A stretch of DNA of 64,000 nucleotides from Mobula hypostoma (lineage: Eukaryota). Numbering within the stretch: the stretch's first letter is position 1; each line of letters starts with the position of its first letter. Location of the stretch: NCBI RefSeq assembly GCF_963921235.1, contig NC_086108.1:19468001-19532000 (forward strand), given 5' to 3'. This document shows positions 50,319 to 63,690 of this stretch, one piece after another. The notes under the pieces were generated by a model, which was given only the letters and a program-made list of their open reading frames with translations, did not search any database and had not been told where the DNA came from. The translations under genes were made by a program, and so were the position numbers.

Positions 50319-53093
50319 ATTTATTTTCAATAAATATTTATTTTCAATATTTTTAATGTTTATAAGCAAAAAAAATCAAAAATATTGAAGGCAGAATAAT
50401 ACTGGAAAATAATTTATTACAACTAAACTTTCAAAGGAAATTGGATGAACACTTAAAATATATATAATTTTTTGAAGTTTAGGAAAGTGGTGGTGCTGTT
50501 GCCAAAAGTCCTTTCAATAGTTGCACAAATGCAGCCTCCTTTTATGCTGCACGGTCTTCTCAATAGTTCAAAGTAAATTTATTATCAAAGTACTTTTACG
50601 TTACCTTATAATGTTACCTTGAGATTCATTTTTCTTGCAGGTATTTATAGGAATAAATATAGAATAGGATTTACTAAAAACGAACCATGAACGAAGATTG
50701 AATGTGCAAAAGAAGTTTTGTAAATAAGAACTAAATGATACATGAACACAAGTTGTGGAGTCCTTGAAAATGAGTCTGTAGAATTGGACAGAAAGCAACA
50801 ACCAAAGGCAAATCACCAGAGCAGTGTTAAAGCACAACGCAAATCTCCAACAAGAATGCTGCCAGGTTTGTGCTTCCACAGCGAAGCACAGAGATTAATT
50901 TTGGGGCATGTATCCCATTCAGATATGTGCTGATATCAGTGAGGTATTTTACAATTACCAAAGAGCTCAGTTATTTCTGAGCTTCTCTGCACTGCAAATA
51001 TTAAAAGGATATAAATATATTAAAGGGATAGACAGAACTCAAATCAATTACATTAGAACCAAATTGCATATGGCTCTTTGCAGTGACCCAGGTTTCATGA
51101 AGCTCACAGTTAACATCTCACTTCATCTCCATTTTCCTCAACTTCAAATTCCTTAAGAGAAAAATAAGGAAAGAAACAAAAAAAGGGAGAAAAATTCTTT
51201 GAATTTTTTTTTCAGCTATCTGGCATTTTGGTTTTCATCGATGTATCAAAATAAACAAGGCCGCGTCGCTCTCGAAACTATGCCTTCAAATGAGAAGAGA
51301 TTCTTGCTCAGAAAACAAGTTTTGTTCCAAATGCAGTCTCTGTGAAGAAGTGATTCCAGGTGAAAGCACCTCTGCACTGAAGGATATTTCTTACGAAGCC
51401 TGCGGACTGTTCGGCCAGCAGGAGTACTCATGCCCCATTTGGTGTGTATAAACCATCGCTGCTGTACGAGTGAAACCAGCCTTGTGAGGAGGTTGTTTAT
51501 AACAGCAGAGCAGCTGGGCCAGGGCTGTCTTTTCTCCAAGTATGAAATGACTACACTCCACCAGTTTCCTATTAATTCACAGTTTATATTTCCGCATTAC
51601 AGAACCACATCCAGTTTTCAAATCATAACAAATTAAAATTTTCTTAAGTGCACTAAAATAAATACCCCTGCATTTAAACATTCTGCATTTGTTTTATGTT
51701 TACATTAAGACATGCTTCTGAGAAATTACCGCAACAACATACATTTTATAGCACACAAGATAAACATGCAATAAAACTCGCAGTAACTATCGTTTCAGTG
51801 ACACATTAGTGTAAGATTGGACAAAAGATCCATCTGCACTATTAGTATACATATTTTTAATACAAGGGCATCCAAGACCAGAGTCCAGTATTGGGTATGT
51901 CAGGGAAAAAAAAAGCTGTGGCTGCATTGGGAAACATAAGCAGGTGATTAACTGCTAAGGATTTTTTTTGCTTGAAGTACAACTGAGGAACTATCAAGTA
52001 CTTGGTTAAATTTATAGCTCGAGCAATAGAACTCAAAATATAACTGAGTTAAACTAAGTTTAAAAATTAAATAAGACCAATTAAAAGTGGGGCTGGATGG
52101 GTTAAGTGCCTGACTGCAGTTTTGCGTGGGCTTCTAAACAATCTTAACAAATAAACATTTCAGGGCATGTCATCTGCAGCTTGAATCAGTCTAGCCCAGA
52201 ATCACTGAGAAAAGTGAAGGCAATCTGAAACAAGAGCTGGAGGAGGAACTTCTGCATGTTTTATCCAGAATATAATCACACTCCACAGGAAAACGCAGGT
52301 TTGGGGGGAGTGGGGGCAGATAGCTATGAATTTTGGGGATCATGCTGTGGGGACTTGCAACATACTGAGAAACACCTACAGAAGCTGACCAACAGATACA
52401 ACGTGCCCAATACCAGCAAGGACAAGGAAGACAGATGTTCGACTCTGTTGCACCAATTAGAGCGAGGAGGGAGATTGGAACATCGAGGCGATAGCGAAAG
52501 GTGTGCACTGGCTGCCTGCCTTTTTAGATCACTGGAGGATCGCTCTGTTGCCAGAGAGGGAAAGGCCTGCTGCCGTGCCCAGAGAATGTTACCCAGGTTT
52601 GGATATGGACTTGTACTGCACACCTTTCTTTTCCAGTCACGGTTTTCTATATTCATCCGATCTTTCTCAGTTTTTTGTGTGCAGGGGAGGGGGATTTGTG
52701 GGTTGATGATTATGCTGCCATTCTTTCTTGGTTACGTGGCTATCTGGAGAAGAAGAATTTCAGAGTTGCATACTTAGATGATAAATGAACCTTTGGGGGG
52801 AAAAAAAAACACTGGATCACATTCAGATTTGAATAGCTGTGATCCATGGAATGCTGCAGTGATTGACTTCACAATCCGTCGCTCACAACCTATACTAATG
52901 ACTTGGACACGAGCATATGTCCAAGCCTCCAAACGTTAAGCTGAGTGGGAAGAAGAGTGGATAGGGATCATTTGGTATTTTAAAATATCATTGAGGGCCG
53001 GATGGAAAATAGCAGTGAACGCCAAGGAAAACTACAGAAAACTATACAAGAACATTAATAGAGCAGAACTAGAAAATAACAGATGGCTAGCTC

Positions 53094-54037
53094 ATAGATA
53101 ATAGTCATAGTCAAACTTCACTGATCCCAGGGGAAATTGGTTTTCGTTACAGTTGCACCATAAATAATAAATAGTAATAGAACCATAAATAGTTAAATAG
53201 TAATATGTAAAATATGCCAGTAAATTATTAAATAAGTCCAGGACCAACCTATCGGCTCAGGGTGTCTGACCCTCCAAGGGAGGAGTTGTAAAGTTTGATG
53301 GCCACAGGCAGGAATGACTTCCTATGACGCTCTGTCTTGCATCTCGGAGGAATGAGTCTCTGGCTGAATGTACTCCTGTGCCCAACCAGTACATTATGTA
53401 GTGGATGCGAGACATTGACCAAGATGGCATGCAACTTAGACAGCATCCTCTTTTCAGACACCACCATGAGAGAGTCCAGTTCCATCCCTACAACATCACT
53501 GGCCTTACGAATGAGTTTGTTGATTCTGTTGGTGTCTGCTACCCTCAGCCTGCTGCTCCAGCACACAACAGCAAACATGATAGCACTGGCCACCACAGAC
53601 TCGTAGAACATCCTCAGCATCGTCCGGGAGATGTTAAAGGATCTCAGTCTCCTCAGGAAATAGAAACGGCTCTGACTCTTCTTGTAGACAGCCTCAGGGT
53701 TCTTTGACCAATCCAGTTTATTGTCAATTCGTATCCCCAGGTATTTGTAATCCTCCACCACGTCCACACTGACCCCCTGGATGGAAACAGGGGTCACCGG
53801 TACCTTAGCTCTCCTCAGGTCTACCACCAGCTCCTTAGTGTTTTTCACATTAAGCTGCAGATAATTCTGCTCACACCATGTGACAAAGTTTCCTACCATA
53901 GCCCTGTACTCAATCTCATCTCCCTTGCTGATGCATCCAACTATGGCAGAGTCATCCGAAAACTTCTGAAGATGACAAGACTCTGTGCAGTAGTTGAAGT
54001 CCGAGGTGTAAATGGTGAAGAGAAAGGGAGACAAGAC
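53094..54037 (-). mobile_element. Rex1/Babar LINE, 5'-truncated, open RT C-terminal ORF
   Basis: VLSPFLFTIYTSDF...LQKFSDDSAIVG...YKYLG..IDNKLDW...SFLPVAIKLYN; short (GACTAT)n-like tail. Confidence 0.9.
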
Positions 54038-55151
54038 AGGATAAATACCAAATAATAGGGTTGTTTGGAAGAGGGAAATCACTTATTACTTATAAAATAC
54101 ATGTTCCTGCCTCCAGAGGCACTGTTCATTCAGTACAAACATCACTTCCTGTACATGAACTTTTTTTTAAATCATCTCCTGCACGGGCTAATTCAGATTT
54201 AGCTTGAAGCACAGATGATAGAAAGGCACTGTCCACTCTTCAATTGTCCTTGAAACAGCAAAATCTGAGAGTCTTAAGCTTTCTTGGTCTTGATAAATAT
54301 TATGTAACTATAATTTGAAGGAAGTATAATATTTACCATTCACCGCTGTCATTGTGCCAGGAGTCCACTCCAGTCCACGGCATAGCTACAGGATGTTGCA
54401 TGTGTGCATTATCTCGCTTAATGCTGATAGTGAGAATAAATCAGTAATATTAGTATATTCAGGTGCACAATGATCCTGGAAAATATGTAGTTCGGGTGGT
54501 TGATGATTGGGTTGAGTTATTCTCTGATCTTAGCAGTCCATTTGCAAATCTTGTCACCATATGAGATGTCATCAGTGCTCTGCTCACTGTGTTTTACAGA
54601 ATCCTCTTCCAGTAAGATAGCTCTGTGTTGGATTGTAGCAGCTTCTATGGGGTCAAAGGTGCTACTGTCCTATTTAAACACATTTTTAATGATGGCAAGA
54701 TTCTGCAATAGATGAAGAACTGAAAGTACTGCAGGTCTACCCCATCAGCGAGCTGCACATCATGCCGCAGCATGAGTCAAAGGAGGCATAGACCAATGAC
54801 CGTCTTGGTCGCTTTTCTTATGATCACAAGACTCTTTTGGACATTATCAATGTGGCACACTGCATGTCTGATTCACTGATTTAATGGTGGGCGAGCAGCA
54901 CAGACTCGGACATCGCGAGGATCAGGCCTCAAGCCACAGTGTTGCCTGCTTTGGGTCTGGGTGATTTCTGAGAAGGTGTTGAACTCCCTGCCTTGCTTGG
55001 TATTCAACGCACCATGAGGGCACTGGAATGTGAATTGAGGCACGAATGAGATCACGAAGTACAAATACACCAATCAAGTTGTACCAAGTGCCAGTGAAAC
55101 ATTAAAATCACAAACATTGGGGAGCTGATCAGAACGTAGATCTCAAGTTAC

Positions 55152-55698
55152 TGTGACATGCTGTAAGGTTCCACTGCTAAAATAATGGTTTCTCTGTAGC
55201 AGCGATGTTTGGGTTATGACGAGAGATGACGGGGTTTGGAATGCTGGGGCTATCCAATGAGAGAAATGTTCTTTCTTGTGAGTCTGGAAAAGAGATTTTC
55301 GCGGTCTTTTGCCGGGGAGAGATGAGGAGAGAAGACGCGAATGGAGAGAGTTGGCAGACCACCGGACAGAGTGGACTTGGAGCAAGGATGCGAAGGTCAG
55401 CGACAATTGGGGGTCGGTAGTGGACGACTGGTTTATCAGTGAGCTCCAACATTGCGCAATAGAATGTTTCGTGAGAATGGGCCCTTTTTTTGTTTTCTTT
55501 ACTAACGATATAGTCGAAGTAAGAATTATAAACCTTAATCGTTTAATCGCCTACTGTGTACTGTTTGTTATTTCGGGGTACTGATTTGTAACAGGGGACA
55601 CATCACGCAGCATCCACCCAAACAAGATCTCTTAAGTTTGGCCAGGCCGGGGAACTATCACCCCCTATATTAAGCCACTAGCCAAAGCAAGAGTTATA
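55152..55698 (+). mobile_element. Possible solo LTR
   Basis: CpG-retaining island of about 540 bp, tgt...gttata ends and LTR-like composition. No TSD found. Confidence 0.4.
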
Positions 55699-55884
55699 TT
55701 TTGAAGGACACAAATACATGAATGCAAACATAAGAAGTGGACTGAGTAGAAAGGAAGTTTTGAACCAGTAGCCAAAACGTAGTCTAATATTCATTTTCGT
55801 ATCTTCATTTCCCTCCAAAGAGGGTAGCCACTTTTATCCCCAAAAACACACCCATTCTGCACTTTCAGAAACGTGCAAAATTCC

Positions 55885-56745
55885 AAATTTACATCAAAGA
55901 TTCAAAGTACATTTATTACCAAAGTATGCATGCAGTATACAACCCTGACATTTGTCTTCCCCACAGACAGCCAGAAAATGAAAACCATGGAACCAGTTCA
56001 AAAAAAAATCAAATCCACTCCCAAGCACCATATAAAACACAAATCGTGCAAATAGCAAAGAAAATCACACACAGAATATTAAACCCAGAATCGAAAAAGT
56101 GCAGGCATATTCAGTTCTGCTCAGTGTTCGTTATCTGCAGGACACACTAATCAAAAATCGCCCAAAATAGTAACAATAAAAATAAAGGAGCAACCATAAC
56201 CACATCATAACGAGTCCGATCCACAAAACACGTCAATTAAACCTCGCCCGGAACTCCGGCACCATCCTCCGGCAGCAGAGAGGGAGATCATTCGAACGTA
56301 GGGACCTTCCTCCGACAGCATAAAGAGGGATCATTCGAACACTAGAACCCTCCTCCAACAGCAGTAAGAAAGAGAGAGACAAGTAGTCGGTGCTGAACAC
56401 ATGCTCACCTTCTGCACTCACCTTGATGATTTCAATCCTCCTCTGAGCTTTCATCAGGGAGATTGGCGAGGAACAGTTTATCATGGGCTCACAACCCATC
56501 TCGAGGATTCTTGGCACGAGGATGCATGCTTCACCCAAAACCTCATTGAACCCTTTCAGAGACAGCAAAGCACCACATCGCTCAATCGGCCCAGAAAAAC
56601 ACATCACTGAAACGCAGATCACAGACTCCAATAGCAGCAGAGCCGCATTTTAAAAGAAAAAGATGGAACAGAAGTGAAAGATGTAGTTTTGTGAACCATC
56701 TGGAGGACGTCACCCTCAGTCACATTGTTCACTGATGCCATCTTC
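55885..56745 (-). mobile_element. Non-coding, LINE-tailed interspersed repeat (putative non-autonomous element)
   Basis: The 3' end ataaatgtactttgaa resembles the tails at about 4775, 8230 and 50570. The 5' end is aagatggc. Internal approximately 45-bp imperfect duplication at 56278-56362. Confidence 0.4.
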
Positions 56746-57539
56746 TTCCTGATTCGGTCGCACAAGATTAGGCCAAGTCAGAATTTCAAAGAGTTAGGCA
56801 AGCACAATATTTGCAAGATCTGAAGAATTCACTTCAATCAATATTATCTTGTACATCAACAGGAAATGATGACAGTTGATCCATGGGGGTACATTAAAAG
56901 TTATGTCACCTACTGCTATAGAGATTTCTTTTCTTAACTGTAAAAGGATCATGTCATTGTTAGGTATTCCAATCAGGTTCTTTTCTACCAAAGTCAAAGT
57001 GTTTCTTAGGAGGAAGAAAATGCATATTGGGAACTCTTGCAAACTGTCACAGCCTTTATAGCAACCACAAAGTGATAAAACCTCGAAATTTTCAATACAT
57101 ACTCTCAAGCTGGTTAAAGGTTTAACATTTCTCAAGCCACAGTCTAACTGGCAACGGAAATGAGCTACATCCTTTTGGCAATTATTAATGCAGCAATTTT
57201 GAACTAATTAGATTTATGGCAGAGAAAACTCAGCTTTAACACTTTGAGTACTGACATTCATTCCAGTCCTAATAACAACAATACTGCTAAACATGAAATA
57301 CAACTTAGATTGCTGCAGTTAAGATATATCTTGCTTCCCCATTTCCAAAGCTTGTTTCCAGCTCTCTGTCGCTGTGAAGAATAAATAGCCCTGAGAAGAA
57401 GGCAAGCCCTGGTGTACCATGCGCATGGTCAGCTTTGGAAGTCATGCAACAAAGGAAATGCATGCAAACCTGTACCACTTTACCCAAAGCTGATTGTTCT
57501 GAAAATTTCTCATTAAGGCTTGGATTTCAACTTACGTGA

Positions 57540-58550
57540 GCAGTTTAACAAGATAAGAGCCCATGGTTTTGCAGGAAAGATACTAGCCTGAACACAAGAT
57601 GGGCTGAATGGCAAAAGGCAAAGAGTGGGAATAAAGAAGGCCTTTTCCTGTTGGCTGCCAGTGACTAGTGGTGTTCCACAAGGATCGGTGTTAGGACTGC
57701 TTCTTTTCATATTATATGTCTATCATTGCAGACAATGCAAAGACAGGCAGAGGGCAAGTAGTGTTTAGGAAGCAGGGAGCCTGCAGAAGGCCAGATAGAT
57801 GGGAGAATGGGCAACAAAGTGGCAGATGGAATTATAGTATAGGCAAGTGTATGGTAATGCACTTCGGTAGAAAGAATGAAGGTGTATACTTTTTTGTAAG
57901 CAGGGAGAAAATTCAAAAATCAGAGGTGCAAGGAGACTTGGGAGTCCCACAGCAGGATTCCCTAAAGGTTAACTTGCAGGATGAGTCAGTTGTGAGGAGA
58001 TTAATGCAAAATTCACATTCACTTCGAGAGGACTAGAATATAAATGCAGGGATGTTCTGCTGAGACTTTATCAGACTAAACTTGCAGTACTGAGAGCAGT
58101 TTTGGGCCCCTTATCCAAGAGATGATGTATTTGCATTGGAGAGGGTCCAGAGGAGGTTCACAAGAAGGATTCTGGGAATGAATGGGTTAGCGCCTGAGGA
58201 GAGATTGCTGGCTCTGGACCTGTACTCGCAGGAGTTTAGAAGAATGAGGGGAAATCTCATTGAAACTTATTGAACACAGGAAGGCCTAATTAGAGTGGAT
58301 GTGGAGAGGATGGCACCTATAATGGAGGAGTCCAGGACCAGGGTAGTGAATCTGTAGAATTCATTGCCACGGATGGCTATTGAGACCAAGGCATTTGGTA
58401 TACTTAAGGTTCTTGATTAATCAGGGCATCAAAGGTTACGGGGAGAAGACAGGATAATGGGATTGTGACGGATCTTAAATCAGCCATGACAGAATGGCAG
58501 ACCTGATGGGCCAAAAGGCCTAATCCTGCTCCTGTGGTCTATGGTCCTAC
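57540..58550 (+). mobile_element. Degraded CR1 LINE (RT and 3' end)
   Basis: gtgactagtggtgttccacaaggatcggtgttagg ([10 protein letters not shown]); tail gtggtctatggtct. Confidence 0.8.
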
Positions 58551-60614
58551 ACTAGTTTACTAAAAGTTATTTCAAGATTACTAAGATAGGGTTCTTATAA
58601 AATAATGATTTTAACTTACAAACCTTGTCTCCAGTGGAAACTGTTCAATGGTACAACAATGTAGTTTGATAGGAGAATAACTGGACTGATTTGCCTCATT
58701 CAGGTAAAAAATGGAAATCTAAGTTACAGGAGGCATCTGCCATTTGGCCCATTGCCTGAGAGAGATGGAAGGTAAAGGGTGATGAAAAATAAAGTCCAGC
58801 AGACACTCGCAAGATAACAAACTTCATCCATTTTAGTCAAAAACAAATAGATTTTTGTCCCCAAGTCAGAAAATTTAAAAAAATCACTCAACATGGAACA
58901 CATACCTCCACAATACTGTAATAAGTAACATCAAAAGCATCACTAATCCGAACAATTAGCTGAAGTCAGAGAGAGGCAGCTAGTTCCATCAATCACAGGA
59001 AAAAATGTTTGCACACACATCAGACTGTAATATCTAATACTAGGAACTGGTTACATAACGTGTCTTTAAGACATGCTGTAATCTTCCTTTCACGCTTTTG
59101 CTTTGAATAAATAAGTATTTTTGAGTTAGATGTGATTACCTTTACCTACTTAAGGTATGTTTGAGTCTATGTACGTGCAGGGCTGGGTTTCAGAAGTGAT
59201 GCATTTAGTATGCGTCCTTGCCCCTTTTCCAGACCTAGAACAAACAAATCCCATGCACATAGGACTTGCCAATTCTGATGAATTTACCCCAGTTCATTTT
59301 GGAAAATTAAAAAAAAACTGCAGGGGGAAGAAATCCAAAATAAAAGCAGAAAATACAGGAAATACTCAGCACATCAAGCTGCATCTGTGGGAAGAGAAAG
59401 AGTCATGCAGACCTCTTAAAGGTCTTTGGCCTGAGATATTAACTGTCTTTTAGTTCACCTTTGATCCAGACATGCCCTCTGTTCCAGTGACATCTTCAAC
59501 AGTAACAGACATCCCATTCCAATGAGAGGAATCACAATTTCAAGTGACAGAATTCATTCATGACCTGGTTACAGAATTCATTCATGTTGTTGGTACAACA
59601 GAGCTCATGGTTAAATGTCAAATTAAGAACTACAACCAACTTAACAGCATTTCTACTTGAGTGCATTTTAGAATGCAATTGTCACATTCCTTCAACACAA
59701 CATTGCCATATGCTGCTCATTATCAAAAGATAAGAAAGTTAAAAAAAATTTTGCCTGCATTTCAGAGGACATGTAAGGAAACTACTTCAGCAACAGCTTG
59801 ACTAATGACTACCTGATACACTGGTTATTGAATGGTTTTTCTGTTACACAAACAGCAGAGGTTTATCTCAAATGCAAAATGGAACAGTGATACATTCCCA
59901 CCAGAGCCAGATATTTCCTGTCAAAAAGCCAGAAATCTGTCAACTCTACAGAAGTTTGCACCTTTCCTGGCGGCTGTGGTTCAGCAGCATGAGCTCATAC
60001 GGCACAATTAGATTTTAAAACAAACTCTTGAGAAACGGACAAATGAGATCCAGGTTTAGCATTTCATTCGAAGTACGATCAAGGAGCATCTATCATGCAA
60101 CGGAATGGCATCCACTCTTCCGTACAAAGCTCCAGAGTGAAATCGACTTCCAATAGCAAACGAACTTCAACTTATTTCATACGTGTTGAAGGACTTGAAA
60201 TTCTCAATTCCAAATCCCAAGTCATTAGTGAAGAAACGTCAGGATTGGCACCTGGGTAACAGAGAAATAAGCTCAAGGCAACTTGAAAGTTGAAACACAC
60301 AATTTGTAGTTGTGCCTTATTTGAACTGACTCAGTGATTCATTGGCAAATGTGCTACACAACTCCAGAAACAGCAGACCCTTCAAGAAAACGCCTGAGTT
60401 GATCCCAACTGCTGATCCCAGCAGTTCCAGACTTCAATTGGGAATCAATAACAAAGAAAGAAATTGGCGTTAATTGTTACAATGTAAAATGAAACACTAA
60501 AATTCACTTTCTATCTACAAGCATATTTGGGCCCTTAAAACTGCATCTTCCTATACAATACAAACTCATCTCTTACTTTCAGTTCTTTATTTAAGTTAAG
60601 ATGGAAGCACTCAC

Positions 60615-60722
60615 AGCTTTTCCAGCAACTGTCCAGTGCTTTTGGCTCGGAAGGCGTCTTTCGCATCCAGGTCTCGGATCTTGCGTGCCAATTCACGAAC
60701 TTCTCTGCTCAGTTTATTGTAC
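60615..60722 (-). CDS. IMP3: Internal coding exon of U3 small nucleolar ribonucleoprotein IMP3 (108 bp, phase 2/2)
   Basis: Translates as (x)YNKLSREVRELARKIRDLDAKDAFRAKSTGQLLEK(L), matching vertebrate IMP3 as I recall it (YNQLSRAVRELARRLRDL...FR...LLDKL). Acceptor tttttaacag, donor gtgagt. Confidence 0.93.
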
Positions 60723-61559
60723 CTGTTAAAAATAGAAGGATCACAGCCTTCATTTTTTACCAAAGTAATTACTCCTTCATTTCTACTAGAATATAAAATC
60801 AAAAGTAATCACTGAGCTTGTTGAACATGACAGTGAAATGATGCTCAAAAGGCAAGCCACATTTTTAGAAAACTCTTCAACCCATATTGATGAGCCCTCA
60901 AAAGGTCCATCATGGAGAACCTGCAGCCTAACATAACCAGGCTCCCACCTTCAAACCTCTCATGTTGGAACCTCAAATGGAAATTTAACAAGATTTTCCA
61001 CACAGTTACTCAGTTATTCAACTGCAAATCATTTTACTTACAAGAAAGTAAAGATATCATGAGAAGAAAAATTGTTGTGCTAGTTGGTCAAACTGGTAAC
61101 TGTCATGTCAGATGACATGAAACTTCCTGTGGAAATGCTCATTTATCAGAATTAGGATGAATCTGACAGTGTATAAGAAAACATTTTCCCTCATGTTTGA
61201 GGACTGCAGGACGAGATTAAGTATTCAGCAACAGCTCACTGGTCAATTCTTAGCAAGCACAAAACAAAAAAAAAAATTAGTTTCAAGTGTAAATTTTACA
61301 ATTTCCTCCCCCCACCACCCCCAACCCATTGTTTGGCAGAGCCATCATTGCACAGTCATGATTATACCACAAGGTAACAAAGGGAGAGCACTGTTTTTAA
61401 ATAGAGTTGCAAATTGTGCGAACACAGTGGACAAGATTAGCGCCTGGTACGGAAATACTGTTATGGCCTTGCATTACACAATTTTTTGTTAGAAATGATA
61501 AGTATGCACCAAGTACATAACACAAATTTATCCTTAAACTAGGTTTTACAAATAATGTC

Positions 61560-62450
61560 TCCTCAATAATAAATATACCGCTCGGATACTGCTGGAGAGG
61601 TGGTGACAGGGCAACCTACCGGGGAAGCCACAGTGACCCGATCTCTAGCACTGAGTCAGGCTCTGTGGCTCAGAAGGGAAAGGGGGAAGAAGGCTGCAGT
61701 AGTGATAGGGGATTCCATAATTAGAGGAGTAGAAAGCAGATTCTGTGTACATGAAAGAGACACCCAGGTGTTATGTTTCCTCCCAGGTACGTGGGTCAGG
61801 GATGTCTCGGATCAGGTCCACAGCATTCCTAAAGGAAGAGGGCGAACAGCTGAAAATCTGGTACATATTGGTACCAACTACATAGGTAGGAAAAGGGAGC
61901 AGGTCCTGAAGAGGGAATATATGGTGTTTGGCAGAAAGCTGAAAGGCTGGACCTGCAGGGTAGTAATCTCTGGATTGCTACCATTGCCACATGCTAGTAA
62001 GGGCAAGAATAGGATGATTTGGCAGATGTATGCCAATCGGTGTTGGAGGCAGGTTTTCCGATTAATGGATCATTGGGATCTCCTCTGGGAAAGGTATGAC
62101 CTGTACAAAAAGGATGCGTTACACCTGAACCTGAGAGGACCAATATGCTTGCAACCTATCAGTGGACGTGGAGAGGATGTCTGCTATAACACGGGAGTCT
62201 AGGACCAGACAGCACAGCCTCAGAATGGAGGGTCATCTACTTAGAATGAAAATTAGGAAAAATTTGTTCAGCCAGAAGGTGGCAAGTCTGTTGAATTCAT
62301 TGCCAGACAGCCGTGCATGCCAAGTCATTGGGTACATTTAAGGCAGAAGCTGACAGGCTCTTGACTTATCAGGGAGGAGCCAGGAGAATTGGGTTGAGGG
62401 GGATAACAAATCAACCATGATGGAATGGCCTAATTTGCTTCCATGTCTTA
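61560..62450 (+). mobile_element. CR1 derivative: ORF1 SGNH-esterase region joined directly to the CR1 3' end
   Basis: VIGDSIIRG...LPG...VHIGTN...VVISGLLP...DALHLN, then from about 62160 the ORF2 terminus and 3' UTR (gtggacgtggagaggatgt...gccaagtcattgggtacatttaaggcag). Confidence 0.78.
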
Positions 62451-62453
62451 TGG

Positions 62454-62633
62454 CAGGAGTCCCCAACCTTTTGCGCACCGAGGACCGGTTTAATATTGAC
62501 AATATTCTCGCGGGCCTCGCGTGCATTCAAGTTGAACAGTGGGTGTGACAGGGAATGAGGAAAGGTGCAGCTGACTCATATCGTTTCATATCGCCAAATC
62601 ATATCGTTTCCTCGCGGCCCAGTAGCACATGCT
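62454..62633 (+). mobile_element. Truncated hAT-type MITE
   Basis: Starts caggagtccccaaccttt and has an internal gcggcccagtagcacatgct. The second TIR is absent. Confidence 0.65.
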
Positions 62634-63534
62634 CAAGGGAGAAGCCAGGAGAATTGGGTTGAGGGGGATAACAAATCAACCATGATGGAATGGCCTAATT
62701 TGCTCCCATGTCTTACAGTGCAAATTAAAACTGCCTTTGAATGGCTCATTGAAAACAGTCACCAGTCCTGCTGCCTCGATATTCAGTGAAACTCAGCACT
62801 GGACCAAACACTAACTAATCTTACCTGCCAACATGATGGCACTGCAAGCACGATCCCTCAAAAACACTGGGCAATAAAAGCCCAGGACATAGGAGGGAGA
62901 GGGGAAAACACCTGCAGAATCACAATCAGGTTTAATAATACTGGCACACGTTGTGAAATGGGTTGCACCGCAACAGCAGTACAATGCAATACATAACACA
63001 TTTTGCAGAACTTAAAACAAATTTACTTCGTCTTCTATGTGATATTCTGCAACACTTCATACTTAAATAACTAATTGTCAATTGTGGTGTTGGATTTCTA
63101 TTTTGATTAGGGTTGGTATCTAGGTTCATGAGTCAGGAAAAGTATCATCTGGAAACCTACCCTTTCACCACCAACTCCATCTTCTCAACAACTCCTCCCA
63201 TAATCTGACACCCACTTACACATTAGAAACAATTTACAATAACTAATTAACCGACCAACCCACACATCAAGACACTGATGGAACCTCTTGCAGAAACAGG
63301 GTGAATATGTAAACTTCAGGTGGTCAGGATTGAACCTGGATATCCAATGCTGAAAGGCAGTAGGTCTATCTGATGTGCCACTGTACCACGTCCTCATAAG
63401 GCTCAAGATGGTGGGACTAAAATAGTTAAGTGGAACTCTTGGTTTCTGCTGAAAAGCTGAAGGACTTGCTAAGCGTTTGCCTTTCTGTCCTCCCTCCTGC
63501 TATACATAACAGTCCCATTGTCCTGATTCATAAG

Positions 63535-63690
63535 GACTGAAATAGAGGGGTCTCGGCCCGAAACATTTACTGTTTACTCATTTCGTAGATGCTGCCTGGC
63601 CAGAGCTCTTCCAGCGGGGTGGGGGGACGGGGGGGAGGGTGTTGCGTGTTGCTCTGGATTTCCAGCACCTGCAGACTTTGTGTTCATGAT
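63535..63690 (+). mobile_element. PLE extreme 3' remnant
   Basis: ggggtctcggcccgaaacatttactg...gatgctgcctggcc...ttccagcacctgcagact. Confidence 0.65.

Larger units (their letters stand above)
2406..60614 (-). other. IMP3: IMP3 intron, 58,209 bp, GT-AG
   Basis: Bounded by two exons that are adjacent in the protein with no missing residues and with matching phase. Confidence 0.88.

Noticed and set aside
51216..51539. Coding exon of a nested plus-strand gene (ttcag acceptor, gtatga donor)
   Set aside because: All three frames contain stops and no protein family is recognisable.
60723..60802. N-terminal part of the ORF-track 63-aa ORF as IMP3 coding sequence
   Set aside because: IMP3 similarity starts at the AG acceptor at 60723-60724; the upstream part is intronic. 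The same applies to ORF 2177-2473 outside 2331-2405.
30767..63572. Additional hammerheads in old PLE remnants (about 30767, 31875, 45505, 59415, 63535)
   Set aside because: The catalytic core (CUGAnGA or GAAA) or helix II is mutated, so they are not called as ribozymes.
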